62,917 bases of DNA, filler included, from Octopus bimaculoides (GCF_001194135.2; 5 parts of 5 records of this genome joined end to end with filler, not necessarily neighbours in it), one strand, 5' to 3'; shown: positions 40,031 to 53,561, counted from the first letter of the whole stretch. Notes: generated from the letters alone by a model not told the origin. Made by a program: numbers and translations.

Positions 40031-41343
40031 AACAGCTACTACAGCTACATCTGCTTCTTTTTTTTCTTCTGTTTCCCTCCCTAATTTCAACCTCTTCATA
40101 ATCATTCTAATTGTTCACATCTTCCACTTCCTCTGAACGCCATTAGTAATCCATTCACTCAATCCCACCTTCCACTATTTCTTCTTTTTACTATTTATCC
40201 TTAGACTTATTCTTTGCTTCCCCTTTAAATCCTCTCTCTCCTTTACCTCCACGCCTCTCAATTATTTCAGAGTTTAAATTCAATATTTCGAGTTTCATTT
40301 ATAACTCAGAAAATGAAAACATACTGCATTTCACCTTTTCACACTTGTGTTTCTCTATCTATTTATTTATCTGCTAGACCAGACATAAATGTCAAATTGC
40401 ATTCTATTTTCAGAGAAAGGGCTGACGAAAAACTTATGTTTCATAAATTATTATTATCATCACCTTTTACTTTTCACTTGTCCTAGTTACAAAATTAATA
40501 GCGGCGCTAAGAGTATGCGTTAATTGTGTTATCGTATTTATGACACTGCCAAACATACCAGAAACATAATTTTAGTAGTTTTCTACTTATCGACACCTTC
40601 TAAATATATTTGTGTACATATAGAATTGTGTCAAGAGTATGCACCGCCACTACATGCATTAATATATATATATATATATATATATANNNNNNNNNNNNNN
40701 NNNNNNNNNNNNNNNNNNNNNNNNNNNNNNTTAATTAATTAANNNNNNNNNNNNNNNNNNNNNNNNNNNNNNNNNNNNNNNNNNNNCCTTGTGCCTATAG
40801 TAGAAAGGATTATTACTACTATTTTCTTCTTTCAATCTTGCTTCCATTTCTTGCCAAGTGTCTTCCCAGTACCTAAGGGCAAAGAAACTCAATGTACACA
40901 TGATAGGCCATTTAAATAAACACACCAGGTTGTTTATTTTCAAATGTGACCGAAAAAAAAAAAGGGTGAAAGAAAGAAAAAAGGAAAAATTAGAAAAATA
41001 AAAAAATAGAAAAAAATGACTAAAGGAAAAAAGGGGATAAAGGAAAGAAAATCCATTGCAACAATGCTCTTCTCAATACGTGTGATGTACCAGTTGAAAC
41101 AATCCTTTGTTTCTTGTATAGATGGTGAGCCAGGGATCATTCTCAAATAATTTTTGAGAGTGATCAGGTTCATTTTTAGTATTCTCATTTGTGGGAGCAG
41201 TTCAGTTTATTTAAGATATTCTCATTTTAAAAATCATCTCCAGCTAACCATTGAGAGGATGTTGGTGTTACCTTGGCAGAGGTTTCTGCTCCCTGAGTGC
41301 TCTTGTTATTGTTATTATTATTATTATTATAATTATTATTATA

Positions 41344-41394
<51 letters not shown>

Positions 41395-41396
<2 letters not shown>

Positions 41397-41957
41397 TCGT
41401 TTAACGTCCGCCAGCATGGGTTGGACGGTTTGACTGAGGACTGGCAAGCCAGAAGGCTGCACAAGGCTCCAATCTGATTTGGCAGAGTTTCCACAGCTGG
41501 ATGCCCTTCCCAACGCCAACCACTCTGAGACTGTAGTGGGTGCTTTTACGTGCCACCGGCACGAGGGCCAGTCACATGGTACTGGTAATGGCCTCGATCA
41601 AAAAGGTGTTTTTTACGTGCCACCTGCACGGGACCCAGTCTAGTGGCACTGGTACTGACCTCGCTTGAATGATTTTCTAATGAGCCACCAGCACAAGTGC
41701 TAGAAGGCAACACTGGTAACGATTATGCTCAAATGGTGCTATTTATGGGCCAGACAGCTGCTCTGGCAATTTTGAAATCTGAAATTGAAATCGAACTGAA
41801 TCTGACGATTGGCACCCATGCCAACCTCTCCTTCATTGGACACTAAACTCTGATTGCGAAGACCTGTTGGGGCAAGTGAAATCGAAATTGTAATTGAACC
41901 ATATTCAATGACTGGCACCTGCGCCAGTGGAGCACTAACAACACTGTCCGAGCGTGT
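41395..41957 (-). mobile_element. Interspersed retroposon-like repeat with internal subrepeats
   Basis: Begins after (ATT)n with CATCGTTTAACGTCCGC (also at 42363-42387), contains GGATGCCCTTCC and repeated TTTTACGTGCCACC units. Confidence 0.6.
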
Positions 41958-42004
41958 ATTATTATTATTTTTATTATTATTATTATTGTTGTTGTTGTTG
42001 TTGC

Positions 42005-42038
<34 letters not shown>

Positions 42039-42480
42039 GTTGTTGTTATTTTGATGCTATTAAAGGATATTTCCCAGTTTGATGCTTGCTAGGTCGTTTT
42101 ATTTCATTGAAATAGTTCACATTTAGTATGAGATTTATAATCTGCATGTAGCTATCATGCATGTATGCAAAAGATTATCAATGAGTAAATGATGATATCA
42201 TCTGAATAGGCATGAATGTAGTTAAAAATAACAATGAAAAGGTTGTTGGAGTGGGAAAGAAGAGGTGATACCCCAGAGTTAATAGAATATGAAATGGAGA
42301 AAAACCTGTTGGCACACATTGTAACAGTATGATCTATAAAGAGATCATCATCATCATCATCATCATCGTTTAACGTCCGCTTTCCATNNNNNNNNNNAGA
42401 TCTATACAAATAAGATAATATCTTTTCGAATGCAGAGCTGCCATTAGAACAGCGGAAATACTGGGTAATTTACTCTTACA

Positions 42481-42738
42481 AGGTGGAAAAATTTGTCATC
42501 AACCAGCCATGGGACTTGAATCCATATCCTTCAAAACCTGGCTGAGTGCTTTAACATTAAGCTAAATTGCCCACTGACAAATTCATCTGCTGAATTAGAT
42601 GCTAAATACTTTAGCTTTTATTAAACAACCATCTGAGTATAAATGTACACAAACAAATTTGGTAAAACACTTTGCTGAAGTCTTTGAGGGATATGAGTTC
42701 GAGTCCCATAGCCGACTGCTGACAAATTTTTACACCCT
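42481..42738. mobile_element. Divergent pair of tRNA-like units
   Basis: 42481-42572 (-) and 42660-42738 (+) share GGATATG(GA/AG)TTC(A/G)AGTCCCAT...TGACAAATTTTT with a B-box-like motif. Confidence 0.6.
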
Positions 42739-43019
42739 TTAAGGGTAATTTACACAATATTTTTGCTGTTCTAACGACAACTCTGCAATTGAAGAAATAT
42801 ATTTGAAACATATGATACACATTTTCATGCTTCTAATAAAAAATATTTGTTTGTTTACATTTATACACACATGGTTGTTCTATGAAAGTGTACACACTTC
42901 TATAAACATGTCCTTGGCACTTTGAGCTCCTGACTGATTTTCCAGCTGATACCCTCCCTCGTTTAAGCCCTGCATGTGCACAAACAAATGTACACACTGG
43001 CACTGTCAGTAATGACAAT

Positions 43020-43440
43020 GAGGGTTCCAGTTGATCCGATCAAAGGAACAGCCTGATCATGAAATTAACATGCAAGTGGCTAAGCACTCCACAAACAGGC
43101 ATACCTTTATCGTAGTCTCAGGGAGATTCAACATGACACAGACTGTGATGACACTAGCGTAGCTAGAGTGTGTGCCATCCAGAGCCACCCTTCAGTTTTC
43201 CAGCTCCAGGACACGTACCACCCCCATAAAAGTGCCTCCCAGGGTGGACCTCCACTTCTAGCTATGCTAGTGTGTGACGAAGCTGGTCCTTTGTAGTACA
43301 ACTCATTTTTGTCAGCCGAGTGGACTGGAGCAATATGATATAAAGCATCTTGTTGAAGGGCACAATGTGCCACCAAGAATCAAAATCACCACCTTATGAT
43401 CATAAGCTGAATACCTTAACCACTAATCCACGTACCCTCA
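43020..43440 (-). mobile_element. SINE family D (family C tail with a different body)
   Basis: GAGGGTTCCAGTTGATCCGATCAAAGGAACAGCC tail as in family C; the body differs (GCCGAGTGGACTGGAGCAA...CTTGTTGAAGGGCACAA); decayed tRNA-like head near 43380-43440. Confidence 0.7.
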
Positions 43441-44212
43441 AATGTACATACACACACACATACACACGCACCACTTTATCATGACGAGCATGTTCCAAAA
43501 CGCATGCGAAATTAATTGATCCAACAAATTATTGATTACATTTTCAAATGATTTTTTTCCCCTCTTGCATCAATTGATTACTCTTTAGATAAAATGCTTT
43601 TCTATCCCACTCATCTCTCTCTCGTCACTTAGGTCATTGTTTATGTATGTATGTGTATATGTATGTATGTATGTGTATATGTATGTATGTATGTATGTAT
43701 CTATCTATCTATCTATCTATCCATCTATCTACCTGTCTCTGTCTATCTATTTATCTAACCATCCACCTCTCCATCTATCTAACTATCTATCTATCTACGC
43801 ACATACATCCATCCATACATATATATATATGTGTGTGAGTGTGTGTTTATGTATAGATACATTAACGAACACACATCTATGTATGTATGTATGCATGCAT
43901 GTATGTATGTATGTACATATGTATGCATGTATGTATGTATGTATGTATGTATGTTTATCCATCCATCTACCCATCTACTCAGGGCCATTTTTGTAGCATT
44001 ATAATCCCGAGCAAATCAATGTCCTGGGTCTCATGGTATTTATTGACTGCAATACATCATTTAGAACTGGGCCTCTAGATCCTTGATAACCCCTGGGAAA
44101 CTGTCTATCTGCTCATGCCTTGAGACAGCTCTGCATCTACCTATCCATCAACCCATTCATCCATTTTCTACCTCTCTCTTTCTTTCTCTCACCCCCTCTA
44201 TCTATCTATCTG

Positions 44213-44246
<34 letters not shown>

Positions 44247-45218
44247 CGTTTGCTTGTCTGTCCGACTGTCTGCCTGTCTATCTTCTATCTTTTTATTTAT
44301 CTATCTGCCTGTCTGCTTGTCTATCTATCAATCTGACTATCTGTCTATCTATGTGTTTGTCTGCCTGTCTGCCTATCAGTGTGTCTATGTATGTATGTAT
44401 GTATGTATGTATGTATGTATGTATNNNNNNNNNNNNNNNNNNNNNNNNNNNNNNNNNNNNNNNNNNNNNNNNNNNNNNNNNNNNNNNNNNNNNNNNNNNN
44501 NNNNNNNNNNNNNNNNNNNNNNNNNNNNNNNNNNNNNNNNNNNNNNNNNNNNNNNNNNNNNNNNNNNNNNNNNNNNNNNNNNNNNNNNNNNNNNNNNNNN
44601 NNNNNNNNNNNNNNNNNNNNNNNNNNNNNNNNNNNNNNNNNNNNNNNNNNNNNNNNNNNNNNNNNNNNNNNNNNNNNNNNNNNNNNNNNNNNNNNNNNNN
44701 NNNNNNNNNNNNNNNNNNNNNNNNNNNNNNNNNNNNNNNNNNNNNNNNNNNNNNNNNNNNNNNNNNNNNNNNNNNNNNNNNNNNNNNNNNNNNNNNNNNN
44801 NNNNNNNNNNNNNNNNNNNNNNNNNNNNNNNNNNNNNNNNNNNNNNNNNNNNNNNNNNNNNNNNNNNNNNNNNNNNNNNNNNNNNNNNNNTCTGTCCGAC
44901 TGTCTGCCTGTCTATCTTCTATCTTTTTATTTATCTATCTGCCTGTCTGCTTGTCTATCTATCAATCTGACTATCTGTCTATCTATGTGTCTGTCTGTCT
45001 GCCTGTCTGCCTATCAGTGTGTCTATGTATGTATGTATGTATGTATGTATGTATGTATGTATCTATCTATCTATCTCTCTATCTATCTATCTTTTCATTT
45101 CTTTTAAGTCCATCTTCGCTTCTTTTCCTCCTCTTAAAATATCGTCTGCTGTTGATGCTCGATTGATTTTGTAAATGCCTCCTTTTATACCTTCTCTAAC
45201 AACTTTTTGTTGACATAG

Positions 45219-45307
45219 AAATCCTGGTATTGTTGACACGTGACTCGTTATTTATCAGCTTGTGCAACACAATAGCATCAAAACAGAGAAGCAAGCAAGC
45301 ACGTCAG
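45219..45307 (+). CDS. Weak candidate exon (xILVLLTRDSLFISLCNTIASKQRSKQARQ)
   Basis: CTAAC branch-like motif (45196), T-tract plus TAG acceptor, open frame, CAG|GTGAGC donor. Confidence 0.25.
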
Positions 45308-46105
45308 GTGAGCAGATCTGTTAAGGCAACCACACAATTACATATACAGGTGAAAAGCTTTCTTCACTTTGTATATTTGTTTTATATTTTATATTTTATT
45401 TTACTGTGTCTAGTGGGATTCAGCCAACAAATGAAAAACAAAACCCACAACTGAGTGTGTGTATTTTGAATGAATTGCCCCAAAACTTAAACTCAATATT
45501 TATTTTATAAACAGAAAAAAATTAAAATATTGCTTTAGTAGTATTATTAATTTAAATGAATATCTTAAAAGCGTTAGTGATCAGGGAATGCACTTATTTT
45601 ATGCTCAATTCTCTATATTTTTACCTATGTGCATGTGTGTGTGAGAGAGAGAGAGTACATGTGTGTTTGAGTGTATCTGCATTCGTATATATACAGCATT
45701 GGCCAAAAGTCACTCGACAGTAAATCAAAGTTCCAGAAATACTTAATATTCAGTTTTATTTATTCATTCCAATTATGAATGTTTAATAATTGAAATGCTG
45801 TGAGTTAAAATCACCAGTTGTTTTTTTTTTCTACATTTGTCTATTTATTAGCGAAGTCTCATATAAAATAATTTTTTGTTTTGATCTTGGAATTAAATGG
45901 GTTTTGATTTACTGTCAGGTAACTTTAGCCAACCCTGTGTGTGTGTATATATACATATATATATATATATAAAAGGGTACACAAAGCACCAGCTTACTAT
46001 AAATTGGAAGTCAAAACTCCCAACTTAACCATCAATCTCACTGAAAGTGCATAATATATATATATGTAAGAATATGTAAATATACAAAATGAATACTCAT
46101 AAAGA

Positions 46106-46171
<66 letters not shown>

Positions 46172-46224
46172 CAATTATTATTATTATTATCAGTGGCAAA
46201 TCTAATTATTTAGATTTGCCACTG

Positions 46225-46279
<55 letters not shown>

Positions 46280-46301
46280 CAATAATAATAATAATAATAA
46301 C

Positions 46302-46352
<51 letters not shown>
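46106..46352. repeat. (ATT)n and (AAT)n tracts in opposite orientation
   Basis: TTA run 46106-46190, then AAT/AAC run 46225-46352. Confidence 0.95.
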
Positions 46353-46353
<1 letters not shown>

Positions 46354-46736
46354 TACCCCGTCACATAAATTGTACCCCCACATTTACACAGATCCCCTCC
46401 ACACACATTACACACCACATGCTAACGTAACATCCACCCTGACTTTATCCTTTACAGAAAAAAAAAACCAGACCAATGAACACAGTTACATACACCTACG
46501 ACAGGAGCACCGCATTAATAATACACCCTTTCCCCACTTCAAGAAACTCTTGGGGGCTTCACAACATGCCCAACCAAGGGACATGACTCCTAAACTAATC
46601 CCCTGTGACCTTAGGACCGTGAGTGAATACCCCTAACCACTAAGCCATATTTATGTATATATGTATGTATGAATCTCTCTCTCTCTCATTTCTTTGTTTC
46701 CTACTTTCTCTCTTTCTCACTTTCTGTATACATACA

Positions 46737-46823
<87 letters not shown>

Positions 46824-47399
46824 GTGTGTGGGGGTGGGTCGAAATTTTGTATTCTGATTCCACTTATTGCCGGTGTTCATTTTGGTGTGAGAAATAAATG
46901 AACAAATTTTAAAAAGTATTGCCAACCCCCTAATTCTGTGTTTTGAATACTGAAAATGTAAGGAACTGTAAACTTGTTTTAATGCTATTAACTTTGTATT
47001 GGTTAAATATTACCAATATAACATTTTATAAATTATATGCAAACCCCATCACCACCACCTGAAAAAAAAACAGTTATTGAAATCTTTATTTATTTGTATA
47101 GTTTGTATTAATTTTTCTATAAGAACAGCCTATATTCAGAAAAACACTTTCAATGTAAAAAAAAAATGTAAATTCTTAATGATTATTATGATATGCAATA
47201 AAAAAAAATATGCATGAATCTCAAACGAAATGCATGAACAGTGAACACCATAAAATAAGGATTAGTAGTATTGACTATTTAACTAAATGACCATTGTCTT
47301 TTCCAGTCAAAGTGAGGTAAACTTTGTCTTGATTTCTGTACATCTAATATAAAATTGTGCCTATTTTTGTAGCCTATTCTGACTTCAGGTGCTTTTGTC

Positions 47400-47951
47400 A
47401 CTAAATTGATAGCATGCTTGACTCCTTGGCTATGACAGAGAAGAGGTATTGGTTATGACAGTCAGATCTTTTTATTTGTTTGTCATAACATGTGCTGGTA
47501 CATAAGTCAAGCATTCCATTAAACTCCTCTAATTTCTTATCAAAACTATCTCCTCTTTGATAGGTATTTTGTTTAATTTATAAGCAGATTCAATGAATCT
47601 CTCAATTTTTAGAGCTATTCCCTTAAACCCAATGTAAGGGAAAGAAAATTTGTTCCATATTGTTTGAACATCTGCCACAATCTGGTAGAATTCTTTCGCT
47701 GTGGCTGAAGTTTTTGTTATCTGTTCTTCATACTCTTTTATTCTTTTACTCTCTTTTATGTGTTTCAGTCATTTGACTGTGGCCATGCTGGAGCACCACC
47801 TTTAGTCGAGCAAATCAACCCCAGGACTTATTCTTTGTAAGCCTAGTACTTATTCTATCGGTCTCTTTTGCCGAACTGCTAAGTTATTGGAATGTAAACA
47901 CACCAGCATCGGTTGTCAAGCAATGTTGGGGGGGCAAACACAGACACACAG

Positions 47952-47982
<31 letters not shown>

Positions 47983-48250
47983 CATATATACGGTAGGCTT
48001 CTTTCAGTTTCTGTCTACCAAATCCACTCACAAGGCTTTGGTCGGCCCGAGGCTATAGTAGAAGGCACTTGCCCAAGGTGCCATGCAGTGGGACTGAACC
48101 CAGAATCATGTGGTTTGTAAGCAAGCTACTTAACACACACCCACTCCTGCACCTATGTTTACTTATGTATAAATAATGTCAGAATGCATCAGCCTTTGAT
48201 GCTGTAGGAAATTCTGCAGGAAATCCAAATGCTGAATAACAGCTTTTACT
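47400..48250 (-). pseudogene. Decayed DNA-transposase-like N-terminal ORF split by a SINE
   Basis: FGFPAEFPTASKADAF*HYLYISKH (48160-48235) continues after the SINE as YEEQITKTSATAKEFYQIVADVQTIWNKFSFPYIGFKGIALKIERFIESAYKLNK..., then frameshifts; resembles N-termini of invertebrate hAT-like transposases (from memory). Confidence 0.45.
47735..48153 (-). mobile_element. Full-length SINE family B
   Basis: Complete head (GGTTCAGTCCCACTGCATGGCACCTTGGGCAAG on the minus strand), CA tract and CAGTCAAATGACTGAAAC tail. Confidence 0.92.
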
Positions 48251-49809
48251 TCTTGTGGTCATTATATAATTTTATATACTTAAATTATTACAGTTTGAAT
48301 TTATGTAGGTATTTTTGTAAAATTATAATACAACAATATTTCTGAAATAATCTGTAAAACAAACGAAAATCATTTAACAAATGTATATATTTTCTTAAAA
48401 AAATTAATCTAATATGGAAAAGTTGTAATTTTACTATGCTGGAAGGGTGCCTACCTACCAACTGTCCTATATTTCAATGTTTTTGTTATTTTTAATCATC
48501 AGATGTTTTAAACAAGGTTTCTACAGTGAAATACAATCAAATGCTTCATATCCATAAGCAATTTAGTATAGATGTGCTAGAGATTATATGATTACTATAG
48601 AAAATTAAGGTATTTAATTGTAGGTGTGGGTGTATGTGACGGGTACGGAGGTCACATAACCCTAATTTTCATATATTTTATTTAAAATACTATTTGAAAC
48701 TCTGTGCATACTGTGGAATTAAGGTTCCTTAAATATGATTGTGTTTCGCCCCCGCCCCACTAATATATACATACATACACACACACACACACACATATAT
48801 TACATACATATATACATATATATATATGTACATACCTACATATATATGTATATATACAAGCATATATGGGTACAGGACGTCAAAAAACCATGAACAAAAT
48901 GAAAAAAGAGAACATAAAAAACAAAAACATAGAAAACGAACTTTTTTTCAAACAATGAAAGAAACAAATAGAGAAATGAGACAGGCAAAGCAAATTAAAT
49001 AAAATTTGGAATTTGCAGGGGGTTAAAGTGGTAACAAAAACAGGACAGTAAGAACAAAACTGTAAAAACAAACGGTAAGGGCTGTTAAGCCATAATGAGG
49101 TGAAGTGGTGAACGCTGGAGAAATGAGCTTTGACAGGAGACAAACAAAAGTGTGTCTTGTCTCTCATAAGGCAAGGGGAAGAAAGAAAGATAGCCACTGG
49201 TCACGTGTGAGCAACGAGAAAGTCAAGGAGGAAGAGTGAGGGAGAGAGAGGGAGAGAAAGAGAACGGTGAAGCGGAGGAGAAGAATTAGAGAAAGGGTGG
49301 GAGAGAAAAACAGAAAGAAATATGTATATATATATAGATATATATACTTATATATATATAACATAATATATATATATGTATACTATACATATATATATAT
49401 ACTACATACAAAATTTTCACAGACGTTTCATAATTTCATTCTAAGCTCTACAACTGTTTCATCCATATAATTACTTATCTCAAATAGAAAAATAGATAAC
49501 TATTTCAAATAGAAAAAAGTCAAAAATAGATAATGCATTAACCCAGAGCGCATGTGATTTTACAAGTTGAAAAACGAAAGAGCTTACACACAAAAACACA
49601 CTAGATATAAAATACGTGCTATATACGAATTTCTTGCACAAATGTTAGTGACATTCTGTTAAATAAAAGAATTTTTTTAAAGTAAATAACTTTAAATAAA
49701 ATATAATGTTTTATCTAATTATTGTAACTGTATCAAGTAATTTTTAGAAAAGCTTATGTATATATATATATGCACCTCGTTCAGAGATTTATTATATATA
49801 TACATACAT

Positions 49810-51180
49810 ATATATATATGGCAAATAAAAGACGTAAGATGGAATATACGAGAATTTATTATTGATCACCTCAATCGTTTCGACACATCTAGCATCGATT
49901 CCTCATAGGTAGGACACTCAACAACTCGTTCAGGAGCATCCGGCAGTGCAGATGTTTCTCGTCGGGTGATAAATAAATACAATTTGTTAAAACAACTGTT
50001 CCGCAATGTAACTTCCCGTTTTATAGAAAGAAAAGCAGCCAGACGGAGGAAATATATAGATGATCAAAAATAAAATCACAGATGGCAAAAAGAAAAACGA
50101 ACACACAATCCAGCGAGAAAAGTATTAAATATAACCGTTAACAAATATGGATATATAAATGCCCCCGGGCAAGCTGCATGGCGTGAGTACACTCGCTCAT
50201 ACAAGCATCCGCAAAAATGCGAGCATACGCATACGTGAGGTTTGATGCACTCATGATCACGAAGCGATTTAGCTATCTACTTGGTGTTTGTAAGAATGGG
50301 GAGATTAAAAGTAAACTTAAGTCATCCATACCTTAAAGTAAATTAAATTATGTAAACGGTTACTCAAAATTCATTCCCACTGCATTGTGCGAAAATACAT
50401 TTATATGCGTGTAGGAATCTCGAAAGTCGTTCAGAAATTCTATTAATGATCTTCTCGTTAGTCCACAGAATAGAAAGGGATTCCTCAGAGCAGAGACGGC
50501 ATCTCCTGGAAATTATATTGTATGGTTTCGCGTACCTTACTATGGACCAATTTATGGTGTACTTCATTTTATCCTCCTTCAGTCGCCATACAAAATCTGC
50601 CAAAGATGTTGAATGTCTCTCATTGATTGTCTTAAAGCTGGCAACATGGTTATGATAACGATTCTTAAATGAATCAGCCATCTGCCCATTGTAAACATAC
50701 GGCCCTCCCCTTCCGTGCACGGTACATTTATATACAAGATTTTTACTCACACATGAGCATTTATCGTATCTATTTGTATATAAGGCAGTCCCAGCTCCAT
50801 TTACCGGTGTTGTTATCGTGTTAGCTGTATCATAAGTATTTCTACTTCCACAATTTGATCGTAGTTGGTGTTTATCATTGCGGTTTACATCTCGTTGGTT
50901 GGTATATAGATGCAATTGTTCGCTAGATCCAGTAGGTGGGTTATTGGACCTTTGCTGCATTTTGCTATTGTTTATGCGATGCACAAGCTATTCTAAATTA
51001 GCAGAGTTAGCATCACGGTGTGTCGATTGTAAATAGCATGAAACCGATTAGATTTAGGAAAACACTTGTCCAAAGCAGCAAAAATATATTCAGTGATCTT
51101 GGTTGAAACATCCAAACCGAAAATCGGGTTGAACCTGCTTCTCCGAGACGCGACAAAGTCCACCGCGACCTAGAGAGAGC
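49810..51180 (-). mobile_element. 5'-truncated Penelope-like element (linker, GIY-YIG endonuclease, 3' pLTR)
   Basis: FNPIFGLDVSTKITEYIFAALDKCFPKSNRFHAIYNRHT (from 51133) and ORF 50984-50364 with KNLVYKCTV...YVYNGQMADSFKNRYHNHVASF...STSLADFVWRLKE...CRLCSEE, typical of PLE endonucleases. Confidence 0.88.
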
Positions 51181-51471
51181 CAGGTACATGAATTCAATAT
51201 CTGATTTCCCACAAATAGCTCGTCATGGTATTCTACGTCTAGTGCCTGTGGAAAGTAAATCTCGTAGCTTGATTTATTTCTATTTACTCAAAGTCATCAT
51301 GGAACATGGCAAGTTGTTCAAAACCTTTTTTCAAAATCTTTATTGAACATCGTATACTCACTGTACGCGTTCATTTATCGCATGTCGGAATAAAACCTTG
51401 AACATGAAGCTGTTCACAAAGGATGAGTGTTATTGTCTTTTGCTGCACAGACATATTTCATAGTTATTGGA

Positions 51472-52000
51472 TTAATGATTCAGTCCAATTATTAAAGTGT
51501 TAACGCTTTTATTAGCGACTTCCCACGCTAAAAACCAAATCAAATCTTCTTCTACTGGATTTTTCAATTTGTTTGAGAGCTTTTTAGATCTGATGTAGTG
51601 ATTTTCTTTTGCTTTTTCTGACATTATATAAGACTTATATCTGATGGCTTCGTGGACAAAATTTCTGACTGTTCTTTCTGACACATGGAGATCTTTTGCA
51701 ATTGGGATTGTAATCAATGGTCTGTTGAACTTGCTGGATATATTCTGGTGTTCTGATGATTTCAGAGTGTTTAGATGATTCCAGAGTGTTTTTATGCTTT
51801 GATACTGGTGATACGTTTCCATCTTCAGTCTCTAGCTCCTTACAAACTTTGTAGACGAAAGATCTAGCAACTTTTAAAAATCGAGATATTTCTAAATCGC
51901 TATGCTCAGCCATAATAACAGCATGCCTCTTCATTTCTTGAGTAAGCTGAGGGTCTGGCATTATTATTTACTGAAACGAGAATTATACAGGGTTAGCAAA
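51472..52000 (-). mobile_element. Decayed Tc1/mariner (DD37D-like) transposase, N-terminal HTH part
   Basis: ...LEISRFLKVARSFVYKVCKEL...RTPEYIQQVQQTIDYNP / IAKDLHVSERTVRNFVHEAIRYKSY...KKLSNKLKNP...IWF; TIR-like TACAGGG motif at 51986. Confidence 0.8.
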
Positions 52001-52879
52001 AAATGCAACAATGACCAATAAGTTATGAATACCCAAATAGTGAAGTCAATTATGTAATAACATGAAATTAATTATCCGATAGTAAGAATTCAAATAAAGT
52101 AGCACCGAAAAGGGCTTTAATACGTTCCCAGAGTATATAGAATTTAGGAGGAAATACTAATAAGGTATGTATACTAAAATCGTGAAGCATGTTATGTAAT
52201 AACAGGCTAATCAGATATGAGATAATAACAATTCAAAGTAAATAACTCTGAAAAATGCTTTTGTGCGTTCGCAGAGAATATTACTCTCAGCGGCGCTAGT
52301 GTTAGAATACTCGTGAATAAATCACTAACCAAAATAAGTGGACGTATTGTTTAGGAAAATACTATTTACTTGTTAAAGGGTTGTACTGGATAAATTGTGA
52401 AAATAATTAAATTAGTTCAAATACTAAGAAATAAGCATACTCAATTTTATTCATACGAAATAATTTACCAACACGAATGGGTAGTTTCCCTTGAATGTTT
52501 AAAAATGATATATTAGTTATATGTAGTAGATATAAGAACCCCTTTCAGGAGCCCTATTATCGATTTTTTCAACAATCTAAGTATGTCACTAGTTTTCCAA
52601 ACATGAGTTCTACTCACGTGTCAAGTTTCATCTAACTCGATAAAACGGTGTAGGAGGAGTTAGATAACAACGACACAAACAAACACACCCACAGAGTTCC
52701 ACATATGTAGTAGATACACACGTGGCTTAGTGGTGGAGGAGTATCATAGTAACCAAATGGCAATTAAGATCAGCTCCACATGAGAAGGGGAGATAATTCT
52801 AAGAATCAAGAATTTTTGCAAATTTGACGTGCCATTAAGAAATGGACAAATTCAAATTCCTCTGAGGTTGATTTTGCTT

Positions 52880-52976
52880 TTAATCCTTTCAGGATTGATA
52901 AAATAAGTACCAGTTGAGCACTGGGGTCGATGTTATCAACTTACCCCTCCCCTCGAACTTGCTGGCCTTGTGCCAA

Positions 52977-53032
<56 letters not shown>

Positions 53033-53236
53033 ATTATCAAGAGTTGACAGAATAGTTAGCATGCTGGGCAAAATGCTTAGCAGTATTTCGCCAGTCATCA
53101 CGTTCTGTGTTCAAAGGTTGACTTTGCTTTTCATCCTTTCGGAGTGATAAATTAAGCACCAGTTGCGTACTGGATCGATCTAATTGACTGACCCTTCCTC
53201 AAAAAATTTCAGGCCTTGTGCTTATACCAGAAAGGA
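52880..53236 (+). mobile_element. Two family A SINE pieces separated by (ATT)n
   Basis: 3' half at 52880-52978, (ATT)n, then a near-full copy at 53040-53236. Confidence 0.85.
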
Positions 53237-53561
53237 TTATTATTAGTTATTCATTTACTTGTATATGTTTGATATATTTTTTTAGATTTCTTTCCTATTA
53301 ACTATTTATTTGTACATGAATGTAATTACATCTTTCTGTTTTGACACTGTGGAATGTTTCAAATTAGTTTTATTAGTTTTTCTTTTTCTTTTTGCATGAT
53401 TTGAATATAGTTTATAGAGACTGATTAATAACCATGTTAGAAGTCATATCATTCTTGATAAGACCATATAAGACTGAAACACCTTATAATAACTGTATCT
53501 ACATACTACTAAAACTCTGTGATGCTTGCTTGCTTACTTGCTTGTCTGTAATTTAATACAA

